From: a virus
Reading direction: 5' to 3' (one strand)
Virus record (IMG/VR): IMGVR_UViG_3300037541_000632
Span: 37,265-101,264 of that record
Length of the DNA: 64,000 nt
Part shown: positions 7,436 through 17,179 of the stretch, piece after piece
Numbering within the stretch: position 1 is the first letter of the stretch
How the letters are laid out: each line of letters starts with the position of its first letter
The notes under the pieces: model-generated
Seen by the model: the letters and a program-made list of their open reading frames with translations, nothing else
Told to the model about the DNA's origin: nothing
The model's database searches: none
Translations under genes and position numbers: made by a program

Positions 7436-8784
7436 TTATTTTCTGCTGCTACTGCTTTTGCAGGAGTAACAGGAGTAGACATTGCTTGGTCAATCAAGTC
7501 ATCATCTTCAGATAATTCATCAATTACATCAGGCGTAGCTCTACCCGTAGAAAAAGGTTTGCGATCATTAGTCTGCTTCTCTTCGCTAGAGTCAATGCTA
7601 TCTTCTGAATTTAAATCTTCATTCTGTTCGATGTCATCTTCTTCAGAAGTATGTTCCCCCTGGCCTTTCATTTTATTGACTAGTGCCAGAATATCTTCAA
7701 GAGACATTTCATTGGCTTCTTTACTAATAACAAAACCATCATTAAGTTTACCTACCATTTCAAATCTATTCATCGCACCAATGGTGCCTGCGATTTTAAT
7801 AAGAGTGTCTAAACATTCCTCATTTTGCAAGCTAGCAATCTTGGTAAACCTAGGAGCCATATCGTTATACTCGGCAGCTGCGAGCAAAGCTACAACAGGA
7901 TTTAATGACGCGCTTTTAACGCAGTAACTAATGGCACACTGCTTCTGTATAGGCGTGATATTAATTTCTGATGCACCTTTAATGGTGTCCATAGCAGAAT
8001 CAAAACCATACTCAAGAATGTGCGTTGCTAATTCCGGGCCTCTGCCTTGAGCAGTCGCATGCACAATATCTACTAACTCAGATTGTGCTGCGGACTTACT
8101 ACCCATGCATAAATGAACAAGAAATTCTAAAGCATCATCTGATTGCTCCACAGATGCTGATTTATTGTAAGCCGTATTTTCCTCTTCAGCTTCCTGTTCT
8201 TCTTTAGGATTCTTGCGAATGACAATACGCTTGGGCGCTGTGTTCTTTGGTTTCTTAACTCTAGGGAAAGTTTTATCCAAAGCTTTATTGGTTAAAGCAC
8301 CAGCGGCAATAGCGCTAAGCAAAGTAAAAGCCACGGGAGAAGACCAGATTAATTCTCTTAAACCCATGGGCTCGCCTGCTGCCGCCGCATTCTTAGCCTG
8401 CGCTTCTTGTTGCGCATTTTCAATAAATGCTTGCTGCGCTTGATCCAATTGTTCTTGTAATTGTTTGCGTTTAACATTCTGATAAAGCTTTCTCACTAAA
8501 GCATAAGTACCAAGTGTAGAAAGTAAACCGCCGGTTAAAGCCATACCTCCAGCCGCTAAATCTATAGGACCTGAACTTTCGTTTTCGTTAGCAGACTTAC
8601 CCACGTTAAGATAAAGCGTATCATCATCTTCTTTATCTGTATCGTCAGGAACTTGCTGTTTAAGTGTATTGATATAATTAATCAATGAGGTGAGCAAAGC
8701 ACCAGAACCACCAATAGCGGCACCGCCAATAAGGTAATTTTTGATTAGTTCTTTACTGCGGGGAGTTAAGGCTATCTTTTCCAT
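7432..8784 (-). CDS. putative virion (internal/ejection) protein with Gly-rich hydrophobic helices
   Basis: GGAAIGGSG and similar segments; seven K-x-A-[ASN] motifs; near the portal gene. Confidence 0.6.
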   Translation of the reverse strand: MEKIALTPRSKELIKNYLIGGAAIGGSGALLTSLINYINTLKQQVPDDTDKEDDDTLYLNVGKSANENESSGPIDLAAGGMALTGGLLSTLGTYALVRKLYQNVKRKQLQEQLDQAQQAFIENAQQEAQAKNAAAAGEPMGLRELIWSSPVAFTLLSAIAAGALTNKALDKTFPRVKKPKNTAPKRIVIRKNPKEEQEAEEENTAYNKSASVEQSDDALEFLVHLCMGSKSAAQSELVDIVHATAQGRGPELATHILEYGFDSAMDTIKGASEINITPIQKQCAISYCVKSASLNPVVALLAAAEYNDMAPRFTKIASLQNEECLDTLIKIAGTIGAMNRFEMVGKLNDGFVISKEANEMSLEDILALVNKMKGQGEHTSEEDDIEQNEDLNSEDSIDSSEEKQTNDRKPFSTGRATPDVIDELSEDDDLIDQAMSTPVTPAKAVAAENK

Positions 8785-8785
8785 T

Positions 8786-9223
8786 TTAAGAAGTCGTAAT
8801 GAGTTGTTTGTATTCTACTCTAAAGTATTCCAAAAGCATCAACCATTTTCCTTCATGGAAATTTTCCTTGCGACTTGCAAGAATAATTGAAGGGGCATCC
8901 TCAGGTTGTTGCTTGGAAAGTAAAGCATTTAGTTCTTTGAGCTTATCAGGATTAGCAGCATCAAAAACAGCTACAACAGGTCCTATTAATCTAGTAGATT
9001 GAGGGAAACGTTTATACTGATCTTCAAATGTAGGAGTGGCTATCCAAATTGTTTTTCCTTTAGGGTCTCTCTCTTCTTTAAAATCAGAGTCATCCACTTT
9101 ATCTTTAGTAGTGACTTCTGGAGAAATAGAAGAAGGTTGAATTTTATTTGGATCAACCTTTACTCCAGACCCCGGGTCCATCATTTCTGCTAACATAACC
9201 GCCATCTCATCTGCTGTACTCAT
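8786..9223 (-). CDS. hypothetical protein
   Basis: 145 aa in the structural operon. Confidence 0.7.
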   Translation of the reverse strand: MSTADEMAVMLAEMMDPGSGVKVDPNKIQPSSISPEVTTKDKVDDSDFKEERDPKGKTIWIATPTFEDQYKRFPQSTRLIGPVVAVFDAANPDKLKELNALLSKQQPEDAPSIILASRKENFHEGKWLMLLEYFRVEYKQLITTS

Positions 9224-9229
9224 AAATTA

Positions 9230-9877
9230 TTAAAATAAGTTTTCTCTTTCTGCTATTTCTTGGACTTGTGCTGCTAATTGTGCTGGTGCTAAATTTTTAG
9301 TTCCTAACTGTCTTTTGATCTCATCTGAAATCTTATTATAGTAATCAATTTTGGCTTTAACTACTTCAGCCTCATCTTCGTCTTCTTGCGCATGCCTATT
9401 AAGAAGCCAATACAAGCCTCCAGTTATACCACCTCCAACAGCACCGACACCGGCTATGGCTCTAACAACTTCAGGTGTAACTTTACCTGCTGTAGTCAGT
9501 ATATTAGGAAGAAAATTAGCGGCTTGTTTAACTATGGTATCATTAGAGGCTTCTTTAATCTGCTGTTCGTATTCATCGGCAATCTTACCAAGAGAGGCAA
9601 GCGCAGCGTCAGAATAAGCGTCGAATTCAGGATACCAAGATGGTGTGTGCGCAAGCTTTTCAAAAATGTGATACTCTATTTCAGTTTTACGCCCAGCTTC
9701 TGCGAAAGCATCAGCAGCAATTTTACATGCAAACTTTTGAATAAATCCATAGTTTGTTTCTTTGTAATTATCGATGGTAGAGACTAACCCAGATATAGTT
9801 ACAAGACTTTGTGGATCTCTGCCGCGAGCAGCAGAAGCTAATTTAACGCCTAAATTAAAAAATGATGAATCATTCAT
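9230..9877 (-). CDS. putative virion protein
   Basis: KLAS/KEAS/KQAA motifs; hydrophobic AGVGAVGGGITGGLYW segment followed by a coiled coil. Confidence 0.6.
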   Translation of the reverse strand: MNDSSFFNLGVKLASAARGRDPQSLVTISGLVSTIDNYKETNYGFIQKFACKIAADAFAEAGRKTEIEYHIFEKLAHTPSWYPEFDAYSDAALASLGKIADEYEQQIKEASNDTIVKQAANFLPNILTTAGKVTPEVVRAIAGVGAVGGGITGGLYWLLNRHAQEDEDEAEVVKAKIDYYNKISDEIKRQLGTKNLAPAQLAAQVQEIAERENLF

Positions 9878-9878
9878 G

Positions 9879-10865
9879 TTAAAGATAATTTCCTAAAAGA
9901 GTTCTGCCTTGGAAAGATGGCTGACCTAAATCGTTCCTGGGAACAGGAGGACCAAACAAAGACCTAGCAACAGTACCGCCAAAAATAGCGCCTAATACTG
10001 TACCAATCAAACCCTTATTCATTAAAAATCTAGCTACGATGGCACCAACAGCAGCGCCTCCGAAACCAATTAAAGAATTAGATAATTGAGAAACTTCATT
10101 TCCTGCTAATTGCGATACACCAGCAATGAGCTGACTTTTTTCAGAAAAGGATAATCCCGGGGCGTCTTGGATAAGCTGTACAACTCTAGCCTGCGCGTCA
10201 GAAGCGCTTGTGAAAGCAGCTTTAACATTTGCTGGTTTATTCATACCAGCTAAGGCCTGCGATCTATTCAGGGCGTTTATTCTTTTAAGTTCTTCGGGTG
10301 TCCATTTTTCCCGTTCAAGATTAGGAGCGTCCCACTGCGGTTTATATTTACGCAGATAACCACTATAAGCACCCAGTGAACCTGTAGCTAAACCACCAAT
10401 TAAAGCATTACGAAGTAAATTATTAGATACTGAATTACCGGTTAGCAGATTCAAAATACCAGTACCTGCCGCACCAAGTAACAGCCCCGGAGCCATAGAC
10501 AGCAAACCGCCAGCAAGAGGACCTTTGTTTAAAACTTCACCAATAGCAGGCCCATAGCCTTTATAAAGCTGATTGATCTTATCACCCATCGCATAGCCAA
10601 ATGATCTATTACTTTGGAATGGATGGTAGTAAGCATTTAATGCTGCATATTCGGGATTCTGTTTTTTAAACTGGTCATCGTATGTTGACATCCACTGGAG
10701 AGGAGACATCTCCATGGTATCCTCTTTATAAGGAGAAAGAGGATTAGGTACAGTTATTGTTCCGGCGTCAGAGGTCGAAAAATCATGAATCTTGTTTTTA
10801 ATCTTGCCCTTTATGGCAGGATCCAAAGCATTATACAGTGCTGTTAATGAGGGATCTTGGGTCAT
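9879..10865 (-). CDS. putative virion glycine-zipper membrane protein
   Basis: multiple GxxxG hydrophobic segments. Confidence 0.6.
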   Translation of the reverse strand: MTQDPSLTALYNALDPAIKGKIKNKIHDFSTSDAGTITVPNPLSPYKEDTMEMSPLQWMSTYDDQFKKQNPEYAALNAYYHPFQSNRSFGYAMGDKINQLYKGYGPAIGEVLNKGPLAGGLLSMAPGLLLGAAGTGILNLLTGNSVSNNLLRNALIGGLATGSLGAYSGYLRKYKPQWDAPNLEREKWTPEELKRINALNRSQALAGMNKPANVKAAFTSASDAQARVVQLIQDAPGLSFSEKSQLIAGVSQLAGNEVSQLSNSLIGFGGAAVGAIVARFLMNKGLIGTVLGAIFGGTVARSLFGPPVPRNDLGQPSFQGRTLLGNYL

Positions 10866-10866
10866 C

Positions 10867-11136
10867 TTATCTATCTCCGTTACGGTAACGACCGTAGATT
10901 AAAGCACCGCCTCCAGTGCCTGTGACCATTTGTTTATTGTTGATACCTATATCAATAGGCATATCATCAGGATTAGGTCTCCAAGGATCTGTATAGTTTT
11001 GATTACCCGCAGATCCAGGTATTCCCTTTACAGAATCCCACTGTTTGACGCTGGCAGGTTGTCCGTTGTCTATACAAGCTTGTTCTGCTTTTTTTAGCAG
11101 ATAAAAGCTTGCAGCTAATTTAGTCAAAACGTCCAT
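10867..11136 (-). CDS. small putative virion protein with conserved leader
   Basis: MDVLTKLAASFYLLKKA leader; upstream TTGTCT-N17-TAAACT promoter favours the start at 11136. Confidence 0.6.
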   Translation of the reverse strand: MDVLTKLAASFYLLKKAEQACIDNGQPASVKQWDSVKGIPGSAGNQNYTDPWRPNPDDMPIDIGINNKQMVTGTGGGALIYGRYRNGDR

Positions 11137-11181
11137 GATACAGTTTAACATATCATGGACGTTAAGACAAATACAAATATA

Positions 11182-11523
11182 CTAGAATTCTTTACCGTGC
11201 AGTCTTTCCCGGGTAGTGTTGTATTGAATCTTAGCTGCCATAGCTTCAAAGACCCTCCACTTCCGCCCAGCTGCCAAATCGCAAATGCGAATAATAGCAT
11301 CAGCTAGTTCAGCCTCAACACCAGTATATTCTTTTACCTTGTCATCAGGAGGATTGCCGTGTCTCAAAGCCTCGAGAGCTTCGGAAAGCTCTGAATGGAT
11401 AAGCGCTATAGCTTCACCATCATTACGTTCCTTGTCCCAGAACCCTTTGTTAACTGCATTCTGGTAAATAGCTACAGAAACAGTATTCATTACATCCACC
11501 CAGTCGATTTTAATTTCTTCCAT
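11182..11523 (-). CDS. MazG-like nucleotide pyrophosphohydrolase
   Basis: IALIHSELSEALEA...EAELADAIIRICD (ExxE...ExxD). Confidence 0.85.
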   Translation of the reverse strand: MEEIKIDWVDVMNTVSVAIYQNAVNKGFWDKERNDGEAIALIHSELSEALEALRHGNPPDDKVKEYTGVEAELADAIIRICDLAAGRKWRVFEAMAAKIQYNTTRERLHGKEF

Positions 11524-11532
11524 TTGATTTAT

Positions 11533-13344
11533 TTACATTGGTTGTGATAAAGCCTGCCTGCCCTGACTTTCAGCTTGAGATCTCATTTCTTCCATCTTTT
11601 GCTTAGCCATTGCATGCAAGTTTGGATTTGACGTGCGAACAGCTGCCATTTGCTTCTGCCGTTCACCGACAGGCAACTGCAACCATTGCTGTGCCATTTC
11701 AGCAGCTTTATTCTGGATGTCAAGTGGATTCATATCCCCACCTCCAGCTGCGCCCTCCATGCCAGCAGGAGAGCTTCCTCCACCACCACCTTGCTGCGCT
11801 TGCTGCGCCAAGATACTGTCCATAGAACCCAGTTGTTGTTGCCTTTGGAAATCAGATTGAAGTTTCGCCTGCTCTTTCTGAATTTCAATATCTTCCTGAG
11901 CACGCTGTTTGGCCGCTTCAACAGGGTCTTTGATACCGAACGGACCATATGCAATGGAACGAGGAATTTCAGCACCAGCTGCAAGTTGCATGTATACGCG
12001 TTGACGTTCAAGATCATCAGCAAGACGAGGAAGCTGAAGAGAAGCTTCAAGACGCTGCTGCCCAATATAGTCACATATTCTTCCAGCCGCCCATTTTACA
12101 ATTCTTGCAAATCCTTGATGAATAAAATGAAATGAATTTTCAAATAAACGAACAGCAGTAGGGATCTGCTGCACCTGAAGAGAACCTTTAAACAGTTCCG
12201 CAGGATAACCCATAGAATCCAGCAGAACATTGTTATGATATTCCACAAGTTCCTTAGGCGCTAAACTTTTACCTTGAGCTCCAAATTCTTGATAGCTAAC
12301 AGGGAATGGCAAAGCGTGCATTGCAAAAGGATCAAGACGGCGACGCTTGATAACCTCTTTAATCTCAGAGCCCCACCGGTTCAGAAGCATGTAATTCATT
12401 GGGTCGCTAGCCTGCGAAGAAGCCACAGGATGGAACATACGGAAAGGAAGCATATAGTCTAAACCAACAGCTTCATCAATTTTACGCAAAACCTGAAGCT
12501 GATGAATATGCCGGAAGTTAGCTATGGTTTCAGGCAGTCCCCAACCATAGTTGGAAACACCTGAAATTGTAGGAGCCTTGAAATGAAACACCTGCCCTTC
12601 ATTAAACAAGAAATCCTGTTCAAGCGCGATAGCCTTGAGCATACTCATGGGCGTCTCATTCACCTGATACATAATACTATTTTTAATCATAGTAACCCAC
12701 TCAGGTTCAAAACGATAAATCATTTGTTGCTTGCCGCTCATGAATGAGTGCTGCAAAACAATCTGACGAGGATCTATTTTACGTAATCTAATTCTAGACT
12801 TGTCCCGGGAAGGGCGGTCAATGAAATCTAGTTTAACTCTAGCTCTTTTATCTTTAGGTCTGTCAAAGGTAGTAGGATCAGGCACATCATATTTCATGGC
12901 CTTATAATCATACTTTACATCCGCGCCGAACATAGGAAGCGCGTACTCTTTATATTTACCATCTCTATGATCAACAAGAACACGATCAAATGGAAGATGC
13001 AATCTAAGGAATGCATTACCGTAACACGCCCATTCCTGACCTACTTCAAGTAATGCCCCGAAAATGTCCAGATCATCAATAAGGAATTTCTTAAATTCAT
13101 CACGCTCATCTTGATCCCCGTCTTTGCCTACAAAATCAATATCCGTAACAAAGTGGCTAATTACTCTAGTAGAAGCGCGACGATAAAGAGGGTTTAAATA
13201 ATAAAGGAATAAACAGAAGTCTAAAGCAGACTGTAACTCTGTTGGAATAGCCGTGCTACTAGGAAGCAGGAAGGGGTCAGCAAAGACTCTGTTTTTACCT
13301 GTCCAAACTGCAAATGCGTCGTTGTCGCCGGGATAATTGACCAT
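11533..13344 (-). CDS. portal protein (putative)
   Basis: 603 aa; EWACYGNAFL and VFHFK...GWGLP motifs typical of portals; Gln-rich C-terminus. Confidence 0.7.
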   Translation of the reverse strand: MVNYPGDNDAFAVWTGKNRVFADPFLLPSSTAIPTELQSALDFCLFLYYLNPLYRRASTRVISHFVTDIDFVGKDGDQDERDEFKKFLIDDLDIFGALLEVGQEWACYGNAFLRLHLPFDRVLVDHRDGKYKEYALPMFGADVKYDYKAMKYDVPDPTTFDRPKDKRARVKLDFIDRPSRDKSRIRLRKIDPRQIVLQHSFMSGKQQMIYRFEPEWVTMIKNSIMYQVNETPMSMLKAIALEQDFLFNEGQVFHFKAPTISGVSNYGWGLPETIANFRHIHQLQVLRKIDEAVGLDYMLPFRMFHPVASSQASDPMNYMLLNRWGSEIKEVIKRRRLDPFAMHALPFPVSYQEFGAQGKSLAPKELVEYHNNVLLDSMGYPAELFKGSLQVQQIPTAVRLFENSFHFIHQGFARIVKWAAGRICDYIGQQRLEASLQLPRLADDLERQRVYMQLAAGAEIPRSIAYGPFGIKDPVEAAKQRAQEDIEIQKEQAKLQSDFQRQQQLGSMDSILAQQAQQGGGGGSSPAGMEGAAGGGDMNPLDIQNKAAEMAQQWLQLPVGERQKQMAAVRTSNPNLHAMAKQKMEEMRSQAESQGRQALSQPM

Positions 13345-13346
13345 AA

Positions 13347-13517
13347 TTAATATTTGATAAAATCTTCTTTGTCATCGAGTTCACTGCTGAGCTGCTGCAG
13401 CGACGCCTTTTTATAATTGTCTCTTTCGCATTCAACATTGGGATTATTACAATCACAAGGTTTTCCTGTGCTAGGACACAATGTTTTGTTTTTTATAACA
13501 ACTCCTTGTTTAATCAT
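13347..13517 (-). CDS. small Cys-rich protein (56 aa, not in ORF track)
   Basis: MIKQGVVIKNKTLCPSTGKPCDCNNPNVECERDNYKKASLQQ...; fills the gap exactly between two genes. Confidence 0.65.
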   Translation of the reverse strand: MIKQGVVIKNKTLCPSTGKPCDCNNPNVECERDNYKKASLQQLSSELDDKEDFIKY

Positions 13518-13519
13518 AA

Positions 13520-14107
13520 TTATTCAGGTTGAACTCGCAGGAAGGACACAAATGTAAAAGGTATTTTGGGAAAAGTAAAGAACCCTCCCGCATAAATTAC
13601 AGAATAGTCCTGCCCTAGGTATTGTATAGTTAATTCTGTATTTATGTTTGGCTCGAACTGTATAGCATCCTTTTTAATCATAAAGGCAACGCCAAAATCA
13701 GTGATACTAACATTTAAAGCTTTAAAGCCTATCTTGCCGAAAGGACTAACAATCTTTATTTCTTCGTGTGCAGTTGTTTGTTCAAGATAAGCAGAAAACA
13801 TCTGTACAGGATCTTTACTCACCATAACTCTTTCTTTGTACGCGCGTGTTTCTTCCATAGAACATAAAGCATCTGGATCTTGGAAACCAACATCAGAAAT
13901 TTCTTCTTCTGGATTGGTTGTAAAATCTGTATCATCGCCATCATCGGAAACGTAAGCCACGTTCTCTTGTATTGTCAGAACTGGCAGTTCAATACCAAAT
14001 TGCGAGGCTTTAACTTTATGTCCCTGTAAAAGCTTCTCTTTAAAGCTCTTCATAGCAGACACAGCCTGTGGCGTTCTTTCAACTCCCGTATCAATACTTT
14101 GCGACAT
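13520..14107 (-). CDS. hypothetical protein
   Basis: 195 aa in operon. Confidence 0.7.
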   Translation of the reverse strand: MSQSIDTGVERTPQAVSAMKSFKEKLLQGHKVKASQFGIELPVLTIQENVAYVSDDGDDTDFTTNPEEEISDVGFQDPDALCSMEETRAYKERVMVSKDPVQMFSAYLEQTTAHEEIKIVSPFGKIGFKALNVSITDFGVAFMIKKDAIQFEPNINTELTIQYLGQDYSVIYAGGFFTFPKIPFTFVSFLRVQPE

Positions 14108-14109
14108 AA

Positions 14110-14808
14110 TTATATAGTATATTTCTTAGCATTGTCTGTGAACTTAGCAACGCTCTTTTGTGATTTATAGTGTTTTTTCTTTCCTGTGGTTACCTGATGT
14201 TTAATAGCACTAACTGCGTGTATATCCAAATCACCCTCCATGACTGGTATATTCATACTACCTACTTTTTTAGATAGTGTAAACATAACACATAGATGCC
14301 CTCCAAATACATCTATCTCATAAAAGTTATTTTCATCACCACAAACAATCTTGGCAGTCTCATATTCATTTTTTCTATTAACAAATTCTAAAGACAAAAT
14401 CATGTCTTTAGGCACAAGCGTTTCAAACAGAAACATAGCAGCTTTGCGTACAATCTGAGAAGCCTGATATTGGTTGCCTTGTCCTAGGCACTGCGCATAT
14501 GATTCCTTGAAGTCTGTAAATATGTTTCTGGCTTCAGAGAATTTAGCTTTAAAATCAAATATACCATTAATAAAATTAGCATCCAAACCTAACTGCTGAG
14601 TTGAAGAACGAATCAAAGCTAAGCGCGCTCTTTTATTTACACCCTGCAGTAAACGATACCACGCGGATCTGCTAGAGTACCCTAGCGTGTTGGATATATC
14701 TGTATGTGTTTTGTTATTAGCTTTAGCCCAACTGTTCAAACATTTAATCCACCTCTGTGTCTGTGCCGGGGTTGCGAAAGCGCCTAGCTTTGGTTTTTTG
14801 TATCCCAT
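14110..14808 (-). CDS. putative HTH DNA-binding protein
   Basis: XRE-like THTDISNTLGYSSRSAWYRLLQG. Confidence 0.5.
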   Translation of the reverse strand: MGYKKPKLGAFATPAQTQRWIKCLNSWAKANNKTHTDISNTLGYSSRSAWYRLLQGVNKRARLALIRSSTQQLGLDANFINGIFDFKAKFSEARNIFTDFKESYAQCLGQGNQYQASQIVRKAAMFLFETLVPKDMILSLEFVNRKNEYETAKIVCGDENNFYEIDVFGGHLCVMFTLSKKVGSMNIPVMEGDLDIHAVSAIKHQVTTGKKKHYKSQKSVAKFTDNAKKYTI

Positions 14809-15173
14809 ATTTCTTTATTTTTTAAAACATTCGATTTCTTATTTTTTATGGGAGTCTCATAACTAGGTTTAGCCTCCCCTAAATGATCGACATGTCTATA
14901 GTCACATTCCCACAGAACGCGAGCTAAAAATTCACTTACTGCTACGACTTTATCTTCTGTCCAATCTCGACATGACTCATGCAACGCTTCATGCAAGACA
15001 ATCAATAATCGCTGAAAACCTTTTAACCTTACATCAATAGATATAATTGACGTTTTGTCGCTTACCTTTTCCCATAAACCAAGAGACTGCCTGTGTCCTA
15101 GCTTGGTTTCTACCAGCTTAATCTTTTTTCTATTCTTGTTAGTTTTAGTATTTGCTGATTTCGATTTGGGCAT
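14784..15173 (-). CDS. small zincin-like metalloprotein
   Basis: IVLHEALHE (HExxH) followed by WTEDKV. Confidence 0.6.
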   Translation of the reverse strand: MPKSKSANTKTNKNRKKIKLVETKLGHRQSLGLWEKVSDKTSIISIDVRLKGFQRLLIVLHEALHESCRDWTEDKVVAVSEFLARVLWECDYRHVDHLGEAKPSYETPIKNKKSNVLKNKEIWDTKNQS

Positions 15174-15210
15174 AAAAAAACTCCGTGGTAGATATACTCT
15201 ACCACGGAGG
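15174..15210 (-). terminator. intrinsic terminator
   Basis: CTCCGTGGTAGA/TCTACCACGGAG stem with a T run on the minus strand. Confidence 0.75.
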
Positions 15211-15231
15211 CAAAAAGTTGCATCAAGATTA

Positions 15232-15417
15232 TTACTGTAGCCCTTCGAGGATGTTACCGCGAAGTTCTACGAATTTATTTTCTCTGGCTTTGTCTTGCTC
15301 GACATAGTCAGCAAACTTTTTAGACGTGGTGTTGTCATCGTATACTGCGGATGTATGACGGATAAAACCTTCATACTTAGCTTGGCGGATTAGTTCAGGA
15401 GTGATTTCTTGTGACAT
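15232..15417 (-). CDS. small hypothetical protein
   Basis: 61 aa; own TTGACA-N16-TAAACT promoter (about 15427-15454) and terminator. Confidence 0.65.
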   Translation of the reverse strand: MSQEITPELIRQAKYEGFIRHTSAVYDDNTTSKKFADYVEQDKARENKFVELRGNILEGLQ

Positions 15418-15463
15418 AGTGTTATGAGTTTAGAATGATGCTTAATTTTGTCAATACTTTTGT

Positions 15464-16147
15464 TTATAGTAAATGAAATTGCGGCTTATTAGCTTGCGAT
15501 GACGGCGGGCCAGCAGGCATTGCGTCCCGAAGCGCTCCTCTGTAGGCAGGTACACCAGACGGCGGGCGATAAGGCAGGCGACGAGCTCCTTGGTAGGAAG
15601 GCGTGCCAGACTGAGGGGCGAATCCTGGATCTTGCCCGTGCTGTGAATTTAAACTTTTTAAGTAATCTTGATACTGATTACCAGATGGTGGAATAAAATC
15701 TTTATCTGGTGTGTTCCAGTTATTAACAGACTCCAGTTTATTCTCAGGTAGATAACCAGGCGATGTCCGAGGTGTTAAATTTTTTATAGACTGCATAGGG
15801 TTACTATTGAATCCTTGATTTAATGCACCTAACCCTCTGTCTAATAAACCACCTATATTTTGCCCGACTTGACCGCCTAGGCTTTTACCCGCAATGTTAC
15901 CTAACTGCTGGCCTCCCATAATACTACCAGCGATACCACCTAAAGTATCACCAATACCATATTTATTACCTAGCATTTGACCCATGCGCTGACCGCCAAC
16001 AAGATTACCAACAAACCCGCCTGCAGCGCCTCCTAAAGTGGTACCAAGCTGCTGACCCATCTGACCTAGTGCGTTGGGAGCTAAAGCATTAAAGTTAGCC
16101 AGCTTAAATAAATAACTAGAAGCAATTAGTTTGTCTGCATTCTTCAT
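15464..16147 (-). CDS. glycine-zipper putative virion protein with conserved leader
   Basis: MKNADKLIASSYLFKLA leader; long GxxxG repeats. Confidence 0.65.
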   Translation of the reverse strand: MKNADKLIASSYLFKLANFNALAPNALGQMGQQLGTTLGGAAGGFVGNLVGGQRMGQMLGNKYGIGDTLGGIAGSIMGGQQLGNIAGKSLGGQVGQNIGGLLDRGLGALNQGFNSNPMQSIKNLTPRTSPGYLPENKLESVNNWNTPDKDFIPPSGNQYQDYLKSLNSQHGQDPGFAPQSGTPSYQGARRLPYRPPSGVPAYRGALRDAMPAGPPSSQANKPQFHLL

Positions 16148-16153
16148 AAGATA

Positions 16154-17110
16154 TTACCATTCACCGTAACCATACTCTGGATTGTATATGTCTTTAGCTC
16201 GCGGCTTCATCAAGTCAACACCTTGAGCTTGTAAGCCCTTCAGATAATTCATTTTAGCCTCATCCAGACGTGAGCCCTCGGTATAGTTACCCATGTATTG
16301 CCTGAATATTTGATTATAATCAGGCTGGGCAGCAGGAGGAGCAGCAGCAGGAGCAGCAGCAGGAGCAGCAGGAGGAGGAGGAGTGGAAGGCGGCGCAGCA
16401 GGTCGAAGTGCGGGCGGCTGACTGGAGGTGACCGGTGCAGGCATCGGTGCCGGTTGAGGAGTCAAAACAGGAGCGGGGCTGGGCAGGGCGGGAGTAGCAG
16501 TAGCTGCTGAGGTAGGGATCTGGTAAGGTTGAGGAGCGCCTCCTACACCCATAGCTCTATTAACACCATATGCGCCTAAAGCGCCAGCGCCTAAACCAAC
16601 AGCCCCAGCTTGAACTAATGGATTCTTAGCTGCAGATACTAAACCGCTACGAACGGCGGCGGCACTACTATTCAAACGATCGCGAGCGGCAGCAACGCCA
16701 CTACTCAAACGATTACGAGCTGCAGCAGCGCCACCTCTTATGGCTTGTCCCGTGCCAGTCATAACCTGCCCAAGCCCTTGCCTAGCTAAACCTAATCCTG
16801 TAGGCATAGCTGCGACAGCAGCTGGAGCAACTGCAGCTAAAGCAGGAGCAGCCGCTGTTTGCGTTAAAAAGGAAGGCAAAGGTAAAACAGCAGGAGCCGC
16901 TGGAACAACATCAGGCACATTACGTAAAATAGGCTTCCGTGAAGTACGTTTAGGCGCACGTTGGGTAGTAATTTTGGGTTTTATTTTCCTGGCTGAGCTG
17001 GTGGATGTCCGCGCCAAATTTTTGGCCATCGCAATACCTACGCGACCCGAACCTCCGCCAGCAGATTTAATTACGTACCCAGATAAAAAAAGTTTGTCTG
17101 AAAAATTCAT
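16154..17110 (-). CDS. Pro/Ala-rich putative virion protein with conserved leader
   Basis: MNFSDKLFLSGYVIKSA leader (an alternative start is 17125); hydrophobic GAVGLGAGALG segment. Confidence 0.65.
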   Translation of the reverse strand: MNFSDKLFLSGYVIKSAGGGSGRVGIAMAKNLARTSTSSARKIKPKITTQRAPKRTSRKPILRNVPDVVPAAPAVLPLPSFLTQTAAAPALAAVAPAAVAAMPTGLGLARQGLGQVMTGTGQAIRGGAAAARNRLSSGVAAARDRLNSSAAAVRSGLVSAAKNPLVQAGAVGLGAGALGAYGVNRAMGVGGAPQPYQIPTSAATATPALPSPAPVLTPQPAPMPAPVTSSQPPALRPAAPPSTPPPPAAPAAAPAAAPPAAQPDYNQIFRQYMGNYTEGSRLDEAKMNYLKGLQAQGVDLMKPRAKDIYNPEYGYGEW

Positions 17111-17179
17111 AAAATAAGGTGACATAATAAAATGTATTTTAGTTTACAAGTCAAGAAAATTTGCCTAACTAGCTTTAAT

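Noticed and set aside
16325-16385. GCAGGAGCA/GGA micro-repeats and the + strand Arg/Ser-rich ORF 16298..16510
   Set aside because: Explained by Pro/Ala low-complexity coding on the minus strand; the + ORF is a shadow
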